The notes under the pieces are model-generated. The model did not search any database. It was not told where the DNA came from and saw nothing but the letters and a program-made list of their open reading frames with translations. From contig DYDA01000005.1 of assembly GCA_020718105.1 (NCBI GenBank), positions 13,436 to 77,435 of the forward strand: a DNA stretch of 64,000 bases, given 5' to 3'. A program made the position numbers and the translations under genes. Source of the DNA: Micavibrio sp. GTDB taxonomy: Bacteria > Pseudomonadota > Alphaproteobacteria > UBA9219. Below, piece after piece: positions 12,473-21,912 of the stretch. Each line of letters opens with the position of its first letter. The stretch's first letter is position 1.

Positions 12473-13270
12473 ATGGTAATGCGCCCCGCTTTGATAAATG
12501 TGATGGCCAAGGCTGCTGAAAAGGCTGGCAAGGGACTAAGCCGCGATTTCGGTGAGGTTGAGCATTTGCAAGTATCGCGTAAGGGGCCTGCGGATTTTGT
12601 GAGCAACGCGGACATCAAGGCGCAAAAAATATTGCGTGAGGAGCTGACGAAGGCGCGGCCTACGTTTGGTTTTCTGGGCGAGGAAGACGATGGCGAGGCC
12701 GATACCTCTGGCAAGGCCGAGCGTTGGATCATTGATCCTTTGGATGGCACGACCAATTTTCTTCACGGTGTTCCGCATTGGTGTATTTCCATCGCGGCAG
12801 AGAAGGCGGGCGAGGTTATCGCGGGGCTTATCTATAACCCCATCACCGATGAAACATTTTGGGCAGAGCGCGGCCTTGGCGCGTATTGCTCGAACAAGCG
12901 TTTGCGCGTGTCGGGACGTAAGGATCTGTCCGAATGTTTGATCGCAACGGGGTTGCCCTTTAAGGGCAGCAAGAAAAACGATGCTAAGGTGATGAAGGAA
13001 TTGGCGGCGGTGATGCCTAAGGTTGCTGGAATTCGTCGCGCCGGATCGGCGGCGCTTGACATGGCTTATGTTGCAGCAGGCCGTTTTGATGGCTATTGGG
13101 AAGAGGGGCTGGGCATTTGGGATATTGCGGCCGGTTACATCATTGTCAAAGAGGCGGGCGGTTTTGTCAGCCCGATGGTCAAGGGAGGTAATCCTGTAAA
13201 AGATGCAGCTCTTATCGCCACCAACGCCGAAATCCATGACAAGATTGTGAAGCTGGTTCGGGCTGCGTAA
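12473..13270 (+). CDS. suhB: Inositol monophosphatase family protein (SuhB-like)
   Basis: 265 aa with LNVMAKAAEKAGKGLSRDFGEVEHLQVSRKGPADFVS, the WIIDPLDGTTNF metal-site motif and WDIAAG. Confidence 0.9.
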   Translation: MVMRPALINVMAKAAEKAGKGLSRDFGEVEHLQVSRKGPADFVSNADIKAQKILREELTKARPTFGFLGEEDDGEADTSGKAERWIIDPLDGTTNFLHGVPHWCISIAAEKAGEVIAGLIYNPITDETFWAERGLGAYCSNKRLRVSGRKDLSECLIATGLPFKGSKKNDAKVMKELAAVMPKVAGIRRAGSAALDMAYVAAGRFDGYWEEGLGIWDIAAGYIIVKEAGGFVSPMVKGGNPVKDAALIATNAEIHDKIVKLVRAA

Positions 13271-13543
13271 AGAGGAAAAATAGGCCCCGTTTCACTTCGT
13301 AAAAAATCCTTTAAAATCAACGAATCTTGTGTTTTTCGAGGCCGTACGTCGAGCAGAAGGCTACTAGGAGACGCTTTTGAGTCTGTTTGTACCAGATTAA
13401 CCATTTATGTCTATGAAATAGAACGATTTTGTCAAAATCGATGACCCCATGCATCCCCTTGAAAACAAACACTTTTCTGAATCATCTTTTTGCGGAAGCT
13501 AAATTGGGCGAAGTTGACCGATCAAGCGCCTGTGACCTGATTT

Positions 13544-14710
13544 TTAAAACGTCAGTTTTCCCATTCGCTCGACCGCCTGCGCCATGCGCTCCTTGGAGAC
13601 GGTGAGGGCAAAACGGACATAGCCTTCCCCTGGTTCGCCAAAGCCGCTTCCCGGTGTGGTGACGATTCCCGCTTCTTGCAGTAAGAGTGCCGTGAACTGC
13701 GCCGAGGTCATGCCCTTGGGCGCGGCGCACCAAACATAAAAGGTTGCGCGTGGAGGCTCAACCGTAAGGCCCAGCGCTTGCAACCCCGCCACCAAAACGT
13801 CGCGGCGCTCGGTATAGATCGCTTGCATGGTGGCGATGCTGCTTTGATCGCTCTCCAGCGCGGCGATGCCCGCTTCTTGCACGGCGTTGAAGGCGCCGGA
13901 ATCGATGTTGGCTTTGACTTGACCAAGGCCGTCCAGAATCTCGGCATTGCCGATGGCAAAACCAAGACGCCAGCCCGTCATGTTGAAGGTTTTGGACAGC
14001 GAGTGAAACTCCACCCCCACATCGCGTGCGCCTGCGATTTCAAGAAAGCTGATCGGGCGATAGCCGTCATAGCCCATCTCGCTGTACGCCGCATCATGCG
14101 CGACGATGATATTGTGATGCTTGGCAAACGCTACGACCTTCTCGAAAAACGCCGCATCGGCTGTCGCGCCCGTCGGGTTGTTGGGATAGTTCAGAAACAT
14201 AATTTTTGCTTTTTGCGCCACGTCATCGGGGATCGCGTTTAAGTCAGGCAGGTAGTTATTCGCCGCAACAAGCGGCATAAAGTGCGAGACGCCGCCCGCA
14301 AACAGCGTGCCAGAGTGATAAACGGGATAGGCTGGCGTGGGGATGAGTGCCACATCGCCCGCATTGAGGAAAGCGAGGGGGAAATGCGCGATTCCTTCTT
14401 TTGATCCGATGAGCGTGACGACTTCGGTTGCGGGATCAAGCTCAAGGCCAAAGCGGCGCTTGCACCACGCCGCCGCACTTTTGCGAAACGCGCCCATGCC
14501 GGAGTACGAGGGATACTGGTGATGTTCGGGATTCTCGGCGGCTTTTTGCAGGGCTTTGACAATAAAAGCGGGCGTCGGTTGGTCGGGATCACCGACACCA
14601 AGGTTGATCACGTCCACGCCCTTGGCGGCCACTTCGGCCTTGAGCCTATCAATTTCCTTAAACAAATAAGGGGGCAGGGCGGCAAGACGTGCGGCTTTGG
14701 GGTAAGGCAT
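13544..14710 (-). CDS. PLP-dependent aminotransferase, LL-diaminopimelate aminotransferase (DapL)-like
   Basis: MPYPKAARLAALPPYLFKEIDRLKAEVAAKGVDVINLGVGDPDQPTP, plus SLSKTFNMTGWRLG (PLP lysine). I took the start at the internal ATG at 14710. Confidence 0.8.
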   Translation of the reverse strand: MPYPKAARLAALPPYLFKEIDRLKAEVAAKGVDVINLGVGDPDQPTPAFIVKALQKAAENPEHHQYPSYSGMGAFRKSAAAWCKRRFGLELDPATEVVTLIGSKEGIAHFPLAFLNAGDVALIPTPAYPVYHSGTLFAGGVSHFMPLVAANNYLPDLNAIPDDVAQKAKIMFLNYPNNPTGATADAAFFEKVVAFAKHHNIIVAHDAAYSEMGYDGYRPISFLEIAGARDVGVEFHSLSKTFNMTGWRLGFAIGNAEILDGLGQVKANIDSGAFNAVQEAGIAALESDQSSIATMQAIYTERRDVLVAGLQALGLTVEPPRATFYVWCAAPKGMTSAQFTALLLQEAGIVTTPGSGFGEPGEGYVRFALTVSKERMAQAVERMGKLTF

Positions 14711-14910
14711 GGTGAAATCCTGTTGCAAGAGAGTTCGTGAATCCTTTTTCCATCCTAACATCCGCTTTCTTCTTGGCGAAAGAGGAATAATAGGGTTAAA
14801 AATGAAAGCCTAAGAAACAGAAGGCATGAAATTTGATTGAGGAAAGAAATCTGTTAGCATTTGGTGAGTAACTGATTCTCGTTCATTCATCGAAGAAAAA
14901 AAGGCGGGCC

Positions 14911-16356
14911 ATGAGCTCTACGACCAAAGACAAAAACTTGACGAATGATATTCTGATTGTCGATGACGAAGCCGACATCGGCCTTTTGATCGAGGGCATC
15001 TTAAACGATGAGGGGCTTAAGACCCGTAAGGCTTTGAGCGCTGAAAAAGCGCTGGGCGAAATTACGGCGCGTCGTCCCAATCTGGTCATCCTTGATATTT
15101 GGTTGCAGGGCAGCGGTATGGATGGACTGCAGCTTTTGGACCGCATCGTGCGCGATCATCCCGATGTGCCCGTGATTATGATCAGTGGCCATGGCAATAT
15201 CGAAACCGCCGTCTCGGCCATTAAGCGCGGCGCGTATGACTTTATTGAAAAACCCTTTAAGGCGGATCGTTTGGTTTTGCAGGTGCGTCACGCGCTGGAG
15301 CATGCCCGCCTGAAACGGGAAAATCAGGTTTTGAAAGTGCGCGCCGGATCGGATATTGAGCTGATCGGTAAATCCAGCGCCATGGCGCAGGTGCGCCAAG
15401 TGATTGATCGTGTCGCGCCCACAGGCAGCCGTGTGATGATTATTGGACCGTCGGGTTCCGGCAAAGAAGTTGTCGCCCGCGCTCTTCATGAACGCTCGCG
15501 CCGTGTGGCGGGCGCTTTTGTGGTTATTAACTGCGCGATTTTGCGTCCCGATCAAATTGAGGTTGAGTTGTTCGGCACAGAAGGCGATGCAACGGGGCAG
15601 AATCGCAAAGTTGGTTTGTTTGAGCAAGCTCACGGTGGCACGCTTTATTTGGACGAAGTTGGCGACATGCCGCTTGAGACGCAAGGTAAAATCGTCCGCA
15701 TTTTGCAAGAGCAAGTTTTTTCTCGTGTGGGGGGCAACACGCGCGTTGAGGTGGATGTGCGCGTTGTGGCTTCCAGCAATCAGGATTTGCAAACGCAAAT
15801 GCAGGCCGGAAAAATCAGGCAAGATTTGTATTATCGTTTAAGTGTTGTGCCAATTATCATTCCGCCTCTTTCAGATCGGCGTGAAGATATTCCCGTTCTT
15901 TCACAACATTTTCTGACCCGCGCTGCCGAGGTTTCCGGTCTTGCGCCACGCACGTTGGGCGAAGATGCGCAGGCCGCCTTACAAGCTTATGCTTGGCCCG
16001 GCAACGTGCGGCAGCTTCGCAACGCGATGGAGTGGCTTTTGATTATGGCACCGGGGGAGTCCGAAGACCTTATTCGCGCTGACCAGCTCCCCCCCGACAT
16101 CACGGCGGCAACCCCCAATGTGTTGAAGTGGGAGAAGGGCGGCGAGATTATGACTCTGCCTTTGCGCGATGCGCGTGAGATGTTTGAGCGTGAGTATCTG
16201 TTGGCGCAGGTCACGCGCTTTGGCGGGAATATCTCGCGCACCGCGAATTTTATCGGCATGGAACGCTCGGCTTTGCATCGCAAACTGAAATTGCTTGGCG
16301 TTCATGGTGGCAGCGTTCTTGAAGCGCCCGCCGAGATTGTCGATAAAGCGAGCTAA
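14911..16356 (+). CDS. ntrX: NtrX-type response regulator (REC, AAA+, Fis-type HTH)
   Basis: Receiver (ILIVDDEADIG...LVILDIWL), Walker A (GPSGSGKE), Walker B (GGTLYLDEV) and C-terminal HTH (GNISRTANFIGMERSALHRKLK). The GAFTGA loop is degenerate (ELFGTEGDATGQNRKVGLFEQA). Confidence 0.85.
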   Translation: MSSTTKDKNLTNDILIVDDEADIGLLIEGILNDEGLKTRKALSAEKALGEITARRPNLVILDIWLQGSGMDGLQLLDRIVRDHPDVPVIMISGHGNIETAVSAIKRGAYDFIEKPFKADRLVLQVRHALEHARLKRENQVLKVRAGSDIELIGKSSAMAQVRQVIDRVAPTGSRVMIIGPSGSGKEVVARALHERSRRVAGAFVVINCAILRPDQIEVELFGTEGDATGQNRKVGLFEQAHGGTLYLDEVGDMPLETQGKIVRILQEQVFSRVGGNTRVEVDVRVVASSNQDLQTQMQAGKIRQDLYYRLSVVPIIIPPLSDRREDIPVLSQHFLTRAAEVSGLAPRTLGEDAQAALQAYAWPGNVRQLRNAMEWLLIMAPGESEDLIRADQLPPDITAATPNVLKWEKGGEIMTLPLRDAREMFEREYLLAQVTRFGGNISRTANFIGMERSALHRKLKLLGVHGGSVLEAPAEIVDKAS

Positions 16357-16375
16357 CGGATTTATTTCTCTGGTG

Positions 16376-16560
16376 GTTATGCTCAAAACAGTTCAAGAGA
16401 TAGTAAGAAGTAAAGAAACCAAATGGGATCCCCGCCTGCGCGGGGATGACGCTAAAGGGATGGTTTGTTCTTAAAATCCTCCGTCATGCCAGCGAAGGCT
16501 GGCATCCCATTTTCTTTTTTTCCAAAAAACCAAATCTTGAACTGTTTTGACAGTATTAAC
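16376..16560. repeat. MITE-like palindromic element, copy A (variant termini)
   Basis: Terminal inverted repeats GTTATGCTCAAAACAGTTCAAGAG ... ATCTTGAACTGTTTTGACAGTATTAAC. Internal hairpins GGGATCCCCGCCTGCGCGGGGATGACG and CGTCATGCCAGCGAAGGCTGGCATCCC. Confidence 0.75.
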
Positions 16561-16577
16561 TTTTGACAGGTGACATC

Positions 16578-17174
16578 ATGCCCCATCAATCCAACGATCC
16601 TTCGTGCAAGACAAAGGCGAAAACAGACGCCCCGCGTTGTTGCTGTTGCCAAGGAAACGCCCGCACCCAAAAAACGATGTCGCTTGTGACAGGGGTTGTT
16701 CTTATCGCGTTGGCGTTGGCCTTTCTTTGGAAAGGGGGCTATTCTCTTTTTAGGGGGATGCAAGGTGAGCGTGCCAACAAGATTTTTAATGCCGAATTAA
16801 AAGAAGTTTTTTCTTCGCAGGAAGTTTCTTTGATCCGTGCGGATGGCAAGACCTTTACGATCAAAGCTGAGATTGCCGCCACGCGTGAGCAACAAGAACA
16901 GGGCTTGATGTTTCGTGAGCATATCAGTGAAGGCGAAGGGATGCTGTTCACTTATATCCAGCCGCAACGTGTTTCCTTTTGGATGAAGAACACCCTTATC
17001 CCGCTGGATATGCTTTTTATTGGCCCCGATAACACCATCATCAAAATTGTGAAAAAGGCTCAACCTCAAGATGAAACGCCTATCAGGTCTGATGGGTTTG
17101 TTCTCTCTGTGTTGGAGCTCAAAGGCGGAGAAGCCGACCGCATGGGGCTTGCCGTCGGCGACCGTTTGAAATAA
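16578..17174 (+). CDS. DUF192 domain protein with an N-terminal membrane anchor
   Basis: Contains GLMFREHISEGEGMLF...FWMKNTLIPLDMLFIG...VLELKGG, typical of DUF192. The start is ambiguous (16563, 16578 or 16677). Confidence 0.75.
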   Translation: MPHQSNDPSCKTKAKTDAPRCCCCQGNARTQKTMSLVTGVVLIALALAFLWKGGYSLFRGMQGERANKIFNAELKEVFSSQEVSLIRADGKTFTIKAEIAATREQQEQGLMFREHISEGEGMLFTYIQPQRVSFWMKNTLIPLDMLFIGPDNTIIKIVKKAQPQDETPIRSDGFVLSVLELKGGEADRMGLAVGDRLK

Positions 17175-17186
17175 GGAACCTCTTTA

Positions 17187-17765
17187 ATGACCTATACTTC
17201 TTTGCGCGAATATCTCTTAATTTCGGCGGACAGTCTTCGCGCCGCCGCGACGGATGAGATGGAAAGCGTTTTGGCCAAGGCCACGGATATGTGCGTTGAC
17301 GCTTTAAAAGTGGGCAAGCCCCTTCTGGTGTGCGGCAATGGCGGCAGCGCTTCGGATGCTATGCATATTGCGGGTGAGTTGGTCGCGCGGTTTTTAAAAG
17401 AGCGTAAGGGGCTGAACTGCATTTGCCTGTCCTCTAACACGGCGATGATTACCGCTTGGGCGAACGATTACGATTATGATTCCGTCTTTGCGCGGCAGGT
17501 GGAGGCGTATGGCCAAGGCGGCGGCGTCCTTATCGCGATTAGCACCAGCGGCAATTCGAAGAATGTGTTGCAAGCTGCACAAAAAGCCAAAGCGATGGGG
17601 CTTGCCGTCATTGGTTTGACGGGCTGTGGCGGCGGAAAGCTTGCGCCTGTGTGTGATGTTGTGCTGGATGCGCCATCAACCTTCACGCCGATGATCCAGC
17701 AAGTGCATGTTTGCCTATATCACTATTTGTGTGAGCAAATCGAAGCGCGGATGGCAGGCGTATAG
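17187..17765 (+). CDS. gmhA: SIS-domain phosphoheptose isomerase (GmhA/DiaA family)
   Basis: 192 aa with LVCGNGGSASDAMHIAGELVARF and LIAISTSGNSKNVLQAAQKAKAMG. Confidence 0.85.
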   Translation: MTYTSLREYLLISADSLRAAATDEMESVLAKATDMCVDALKVGKPLLVCGNGGSASDAMHIAGELVARFLKERKGLNCICLSSNTAMITAWANDYDYDSVFARQVEAYGQGGGVLIAISTSGNSKNVLQAAQKAKAMGLAVIGLTGCGGGKLAPVCDVVLDAPSTFTPMIQQVHVCLYHYLCEQIEARMAGV

Positions 17766-17766
17766 T

Positions 17767-18921
17767 TTAGCTGGCGCTGGTTTCGCGCCAGCTGGTAAGC
17801 CAGCGGTTGAACTCTTCGGGAGGCATCGGTTTGGCCATATAGAAGCCTTGGGCAAAATCGCAATTCCGCTCAGCCAACATGCGCCATGTTCGAACGTCTT
17901 CAACCCCCTCGGCGATGACTTTCAGGCCAAGATTGTGGCCAAGGTCGATGACGGAGTTGACGATCACGGTGCAGTCGCGGTTGTTGACCATGTCCATGAC
18001 ATAGCTCTTGTCGATTTTCATTTCGCTAAAGGGCATGCGTTGCAACTCGCGCAGCGATGAATGCCCTGTGCCGAAATCATCGATGGACACGCCGATGTTG
18101 CGAATACGCATGCGCAACAGAACATCCATGGTGCGTGTCACATCGCGCATGGCTTCCGTTTCCGTGACTTCCAGAACAAGCTTTTCTGGTGGGATTTGAT
18201 GTTGCGCACACATTTCAGCAATGCGGTCGGGCAGGCTAAGCTCTAGCAGAGATGAAGCCGTGACGTTCACCGAGACGGTCAGGTTTTCTCCGGCATGATG
18301 CCACTTGGCAACTTGATGGATGGCGGTGGTTAGGACGTGCTCAGTCATCGGCGGCATAAGGCCTTCTTTGACAATTTCGTCCAGAAACTCGGAAGGCGGC
18401 AGAATGCCGCGTGTGGGATGGGCCCAGCGGATAAGCGCCTCTGCCCCTTTGACGCGGCGCGTGGCCAGTTCAATGACGGGCTGGTAATACAAAATCAGCT
18501 GCCCCAACGCTAAAGCTTGCGCGATATCAGCTCCGACAACGCTCTTGTTATTGCCAGCAGCCAATTGATCAAGCGTGGCGCGTAGGGATTCAATTTCGAT
18601 AGGTTTTTCCAAGGCGGCAATAACGTCAAGGCCGTGGGCGCTGCCAAGGCGGCGGGCGCTGTTCAAAACGCGTGTATCGCTGCCGCTCATTAAACAGATT
18701 TTCGCGTTTTTAACGCGGTCAACAAGGACGCGCAAAAGCTCAACGCCATCCGTTCCCGGCATCATCAAATCCAGCATGATCACGTCAGGCTTAAACTCAT
18801 CCAACTTGTCCGCAACGCTGGTGGGCGAGCTGGTCGTGGCGACTTCAAAACCACGGGCTTCGGCAATCTCGGCGATCGTTTCGCAAATATCTTCTTCGTC
18901 ATCGATGACCAATAAACGCAT
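17767..18921 (-). CDS. Response regulator receiver plus EAL phosphodiesterase domain
   Basis: REC domain (MRLLVIDDEEDI...VIMLDLMMPGTDG). The EAL domain keeps its catalytic signatures (GAEALIRW, DDFGTGHSSL, KIDKSYV, AEGVED). Confidence 0.9.
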   Translation of the reverse strand: MRLLVIDDEEDICETIAEIAEARGFEVATTSSPTSVADKLDEFKPDVIMLDLMMPGTDGVELLRVLVDRVKNAKICLMSGSDTRVLNSARRLGSAHGLDVIAALEKPIEIESLRATLDQLAAGNNKSVVGADIAQALALGQLILYYQPVIELATRRVKGAEALIRWAHPTRGILPPSEFLDEIVKEGLMPPMTEHVLTTAIHQVAKWHHAGENLTVSVNVTASSLLELSLPDRIAEMCAQHQIPPEKLVLEVTETEAMRDVTRTMDVLLRMRIRNIGVSIDDFGTGHSSLRELQRMPFSEMKIDKSYVMDMVNNRDCTVIVNSVIDLGHNLGLKVIAEGVEDVRTWRMLAERNCDFAQGFYMAKPMPPEEFNRWLTSWRETSAS

Positions 18922-18937
18922 TGTCGGTTCCTTGTGC

Positions 18938-21763
18938 TCAGCCTGCTGTTTCAGGCGGTGGGGCGGGGAGGGGTGATTCGCCTGAGCCTAGTGTGCTCTG
19001 GCTTTCGTTTTCCTTCAACAATTTAGACAGAGCCTTTTGCACATCGGCAAGGCGATAGGGTTTTTCAATGACGGGAACAGGCGTTTCGCTGAGGAAAGCG
19101 TTGACGTGGGGCGATAGCGTATCCCCCGTTACATAGATGATTTTGTTGAGGTATTGGGGCATGTTTTTCTTCATCTCGGCATACATGGTGGGGCCGTCCA
19201 TCACGGGCATCCGCAAATCGCTGATAATAACGTCAAAGGGTTTTTTTCTGAGTTTATCAAGGGCAATCGCGCCGTTGGCCGCCAAATCAATGTCATGGCC
19301 TTGAGGCTCCAACAAATCCGCCAAAGTTTGGGCAAGCTCAACCTCGTCATCGACAAGGAGGATTCTAAGAATGCCTAAGGCTACCCCCTCGCTTGCTGGT
19401 GCGCAGGCCTCAGGTTGCCCTTCGATAAAGGCCACGGGCAGTTCGATCACAAAGGTAGCGCCGCCCCCATCCGTGGTTTCAAGCCTCATTACGCCGCCGT
19501 GATTTTCGATGATGCTTTGGCATAAGGCCAGCCCAACGCCCGTTCCGCCGACGCTGCCTTTTGTTGTAAAGAAAGGCTCAAAGATGCGTTTTTGGAGATC
19601 GGCGGGAACACCCGGCCCCGTATCGATGAAGGACAGGGTGATTGTGTTTTCCTCACGCAAGGCGGATCGGATGGTTAGGTTTCGTGCTCCTTCGAAATTG
19701 CGCATGGCTTGCGCGGCATTAAGCGCAAGGTTGGTGAAGACTTGCGTCAACTGATCATCATCACCAACGATAGAGGGTAGGTTCTCACCAAGCTCTAGCT
19801 TCAGCGTCACATTTTCATTGCGAAATTGATAGGTGAGTAGCTCTAAGGAGGTATGAATAATCGTGTTGAGATCGACGTTCTTGTGTTCCGGCGCTTTGCG
19901 CCGCGCTAAAGAAAGAAAGCTTTTCACGATGCGAGAGCAACGATCCGCTGCTTTAAAAATTTTCTCGGCGCGGGTTTTTGTTTTCTCTTCTTTTTGGTTT
20001 TCCATAAGCAACGTCGTTTGTCCCATGACGACAGAGAGCGGATTGTTCAGCTCATGCGCGACGCCCGCCAAAAGACCACCCAGAGCCGCCATCTTTTCGC
20101 TTTGTTGTAAGGCTTCTTGCTGCATCGCAATTTTGACTTCCGCTTTTTTCCGTTCGGTCAGATCATAAAGACCGATGACCATCGCTGCTTCGTTTTGATA
20201 ATTGATGCGCCTTGCCGAAAGCGCGGCGGGCAAAGGATCGCCATCGCCTCTTGTCAGCATAACCTCTTTCATGTTGACTTCTTGACCTGACGTGATGGCG
20301 TCGTGGATTTCCTTTCTTTCCAAAGTGCGCACCAAAAAACGATCCATGGTGTGACTGATTAACGTGGCGTGAGGCATGCCTAAAAGATTTTCAGCCCCCG
20401 GACTGGCGTAAAGAATGCTGTTGTCCTGTAATTTGATGATAAGGACGGGAACGGGGTGGGCCTCGGTAATGCTGCGGAAACGAACCTCGCTGGCACGAAG
20501 GTCTGACTCGCTTCTTTTGCGTTGCGTGACATCGCCAATAGATCCCACCAAACGCTGAATATGAAGCGAGTTTGTTGGTTTAACGGCCACCATTTTGGTG
20601 TGAATCCAGGATAATGTTGTATCGCTGTGACGTAGGCGATATTCAAAGCTGACCGTTGATGTTCCCGCCGCGTACTTTAATTTACGCAAGGCTTTGATAA
20701 TGAGAAGGCGATCCGGCGCATAGACAAGGCTAAGCCATTCTTTGAAGTTTTTGGGGCTGAGCGGGCGCGGCAGGTTGGTGATCCGCCTGAACTGTTCCGA
20801 GATATAAAAGGTGTTGGTGACCCGATCCCAATCGAAAAGCCCTTCGTTTGATCCACGCGCCGCCAAAGAGAATCGCTCATTGCTGACTTCAAGCGCTTTT
20901 TCTTTTTCTTCCTGACGCGTGGCAAATTGTCCCGCGATGACGATGGCAAACATCAAGGCGGCGATGGCATAGCCGACATACATAAAGTTTTTAGCGCTAT
21001 CAAAATCGCTGATAATACCCAAGTCATAAAGAGGAACCGCCATGGATCCAATCAAAAAAGCAGTAAAGGCTGTTAAGTGGCTCAAAGCGCCATTGACGCC
21101 CATTTGCAGGGAGATAAGGCCGATTGCCAGCGCTAAAGAAAGGGATAGAGCGCCCAAATTGGGAAGGATAAAGCGCACATCATTATTGAGCGAAGCGATG
21201 GCCAGAGCGAGAATCTGCGTGAGGGCAAAAACAATCGTTGGCATCTTCATAAAGGGGACGTTTGTATCAACCTCTAGGAAAGTATACGTGAAAAGAAGGC
21301 TAAAGAAAAAAGCTAGGATAAGGCTGTGATTTTGCAGTAGGCCAACCATGTTGGTGCTGTAGATTCCCATAAGCTGAATCATGGAATCGTTCGTGCTGGC
21401 CATGTTGATCCCAAGGCAGAGCAAAAGAAGCATAAGGAAAATCTGACTGCGATCGCGAATGGCGACCCAAATGAAAAACAGATACATAGAGGCCGTTAAC
21501 ATCACGCCGATAAGAAGGCCAAAAATAAGATCGGAGGTGTGATTGATTAAAAAAGGTGCAGCTGGTTCTTGTGGAAAAACGTTTGGCATGGATGAGGGGA
21601 GGGCTTTGGCGCTATCGGCAAAAACAGGCGGGATCATAAGCAAAAAGGATACTACCACGCTCGCCCCATAACTTAGGGCGCGCCACAAGTCACGAAGAAG
21701 AGGAAGTTGTCTTTTTTTAAGGATAAACACAGGAGATGAGCCGTTTTCTAATAGAGCGTTCAT
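18938..21763 (-). CDS. Hybrid sensor histidine kinase (multi-TM sensor, PAS, HisKA, HATPase, REC)
   Basis: 941 aa. It has a hydrophobic N-terminal third (7TMR-DISM-like), an H-box (LAGVAHELNNPL), an ATPase region (FIDTGPGV...GGTGVGLALC) and a C-terminal receiver (ILLVDDE...VIISDLRMPVMDG). Confidence 0.9.
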   Translation of the reverse strand: MNALLENGSSPVFILKKRQLPLLRDLWRALSYGASVVVSFLLMIPPVFADSAKALPSSMPNVFPQEPAAPFLINHTSDLIFGLLIGVMLTASMYLFFIWVAIRDRSQIFLMLLLLCLGINMASTNDSMIQLMGIYSTNMVGLLQNHSLILAFFFSLLFTYTFLEVDTNVPFMKMPTIVFALTQILALAIASLNNDVRFILPNLGALSLSLALAIGLISLQMGVNGALSHLTAFTAFLIGSMAVPLYDLGIISDFDSAKNFMYVGYAIAALMFAIVIAGQFATRQEEKEKALEVSNERFSLAARGSNEGLFDWDRVTNTFYISEQFRRITNLPRPLSPKNFKEWLSLVYAPDRLLIIKALRKLKYAAGTSTVSFEYRLRHSDTTLSWIHTKMVAVKPTNSLHIQRLVGSIGDVTQRKRSESDLRASEVRFRSITEAHPVPVLIIKLQDNSILYASPGAENLLGMPHATLISHTMDRFLVRTLERKEIHDAITSGQEVNMKEVMLTRGDGDPLPAALSARRINYQNEAAMVIGLYDLTERKKAEVKIAMQQEALQQSEKMAALGGLLAGVAHELNNPLSVVMGQTTLLMENQKEEKTKTRAEKIFKAADRCSRIVKSFLSLARRKAPEHKNVDLNTIIHTSLELLTYQFRNENVTLKLELGENLPSIVGDDDQLTQVFTNLALNAAQAMRNFEGARNLTIRSALREENTITLSFIDTGPGVPADLQKRIFEPFFTTKGSVGGTGVGLALCQSIIENHGGVMRLETTDGGGATFVIELPVAFIEGQPEACAPASEGVALGILRILLVDDEVELAQTLADLLEPQGHDIDLAANGAIALDKLRKKPFDVIISDLRMPVMDGPTMYAEMKKNMPQYLNKIIYVTGDTLSPHVNAFLSETPVPVIEKPYRLADVQKALSKLLKENESQSTLGSGESPLPAPPPETAG

Positions 21764-21912
21764 CTTATTCTAGAATTGAACTTGCTAAAAACTTCCTAAG
21801 ATGCGTCTATTGGAATCAACGCGTTACAAGAATAAAACTGGCCATCTGTTTAATGGCCTGTTAACGTCTCACCCATCTTTCTTGATTCCCCTTTTCCATT
21901 GTTAACAAGGAT

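Noticed and set aside
13271-13543. A 273-bp convergent intergenic region between suhB and the aminotransferase, examined for an ncRNA, small ORF or terminator.
   Set aside because: I could recognise no convincing stem-loop, SD-ATG pair or known RNA motif by eye. It would need covariance-model scanning.
16452-16763. ORFs reading through MITE copies (16452-16763, 27146-27523, 34676-34976, 61330-61512, and the 5' parts of the 27402, 34794 and 63115 track ORFs).
   Set aside because: Their conserved-looking peptides (MPAFAGMT, PAKAGIPF) come from the palindromic repeat itself and recur in both orientations, so they are not protein-coding.
17707-18060. A 117-aa plus-strand ORF following gmhA.
   Set aside because: It lies antisense to the C-terminal half of the EAL domain gene and has no start context.
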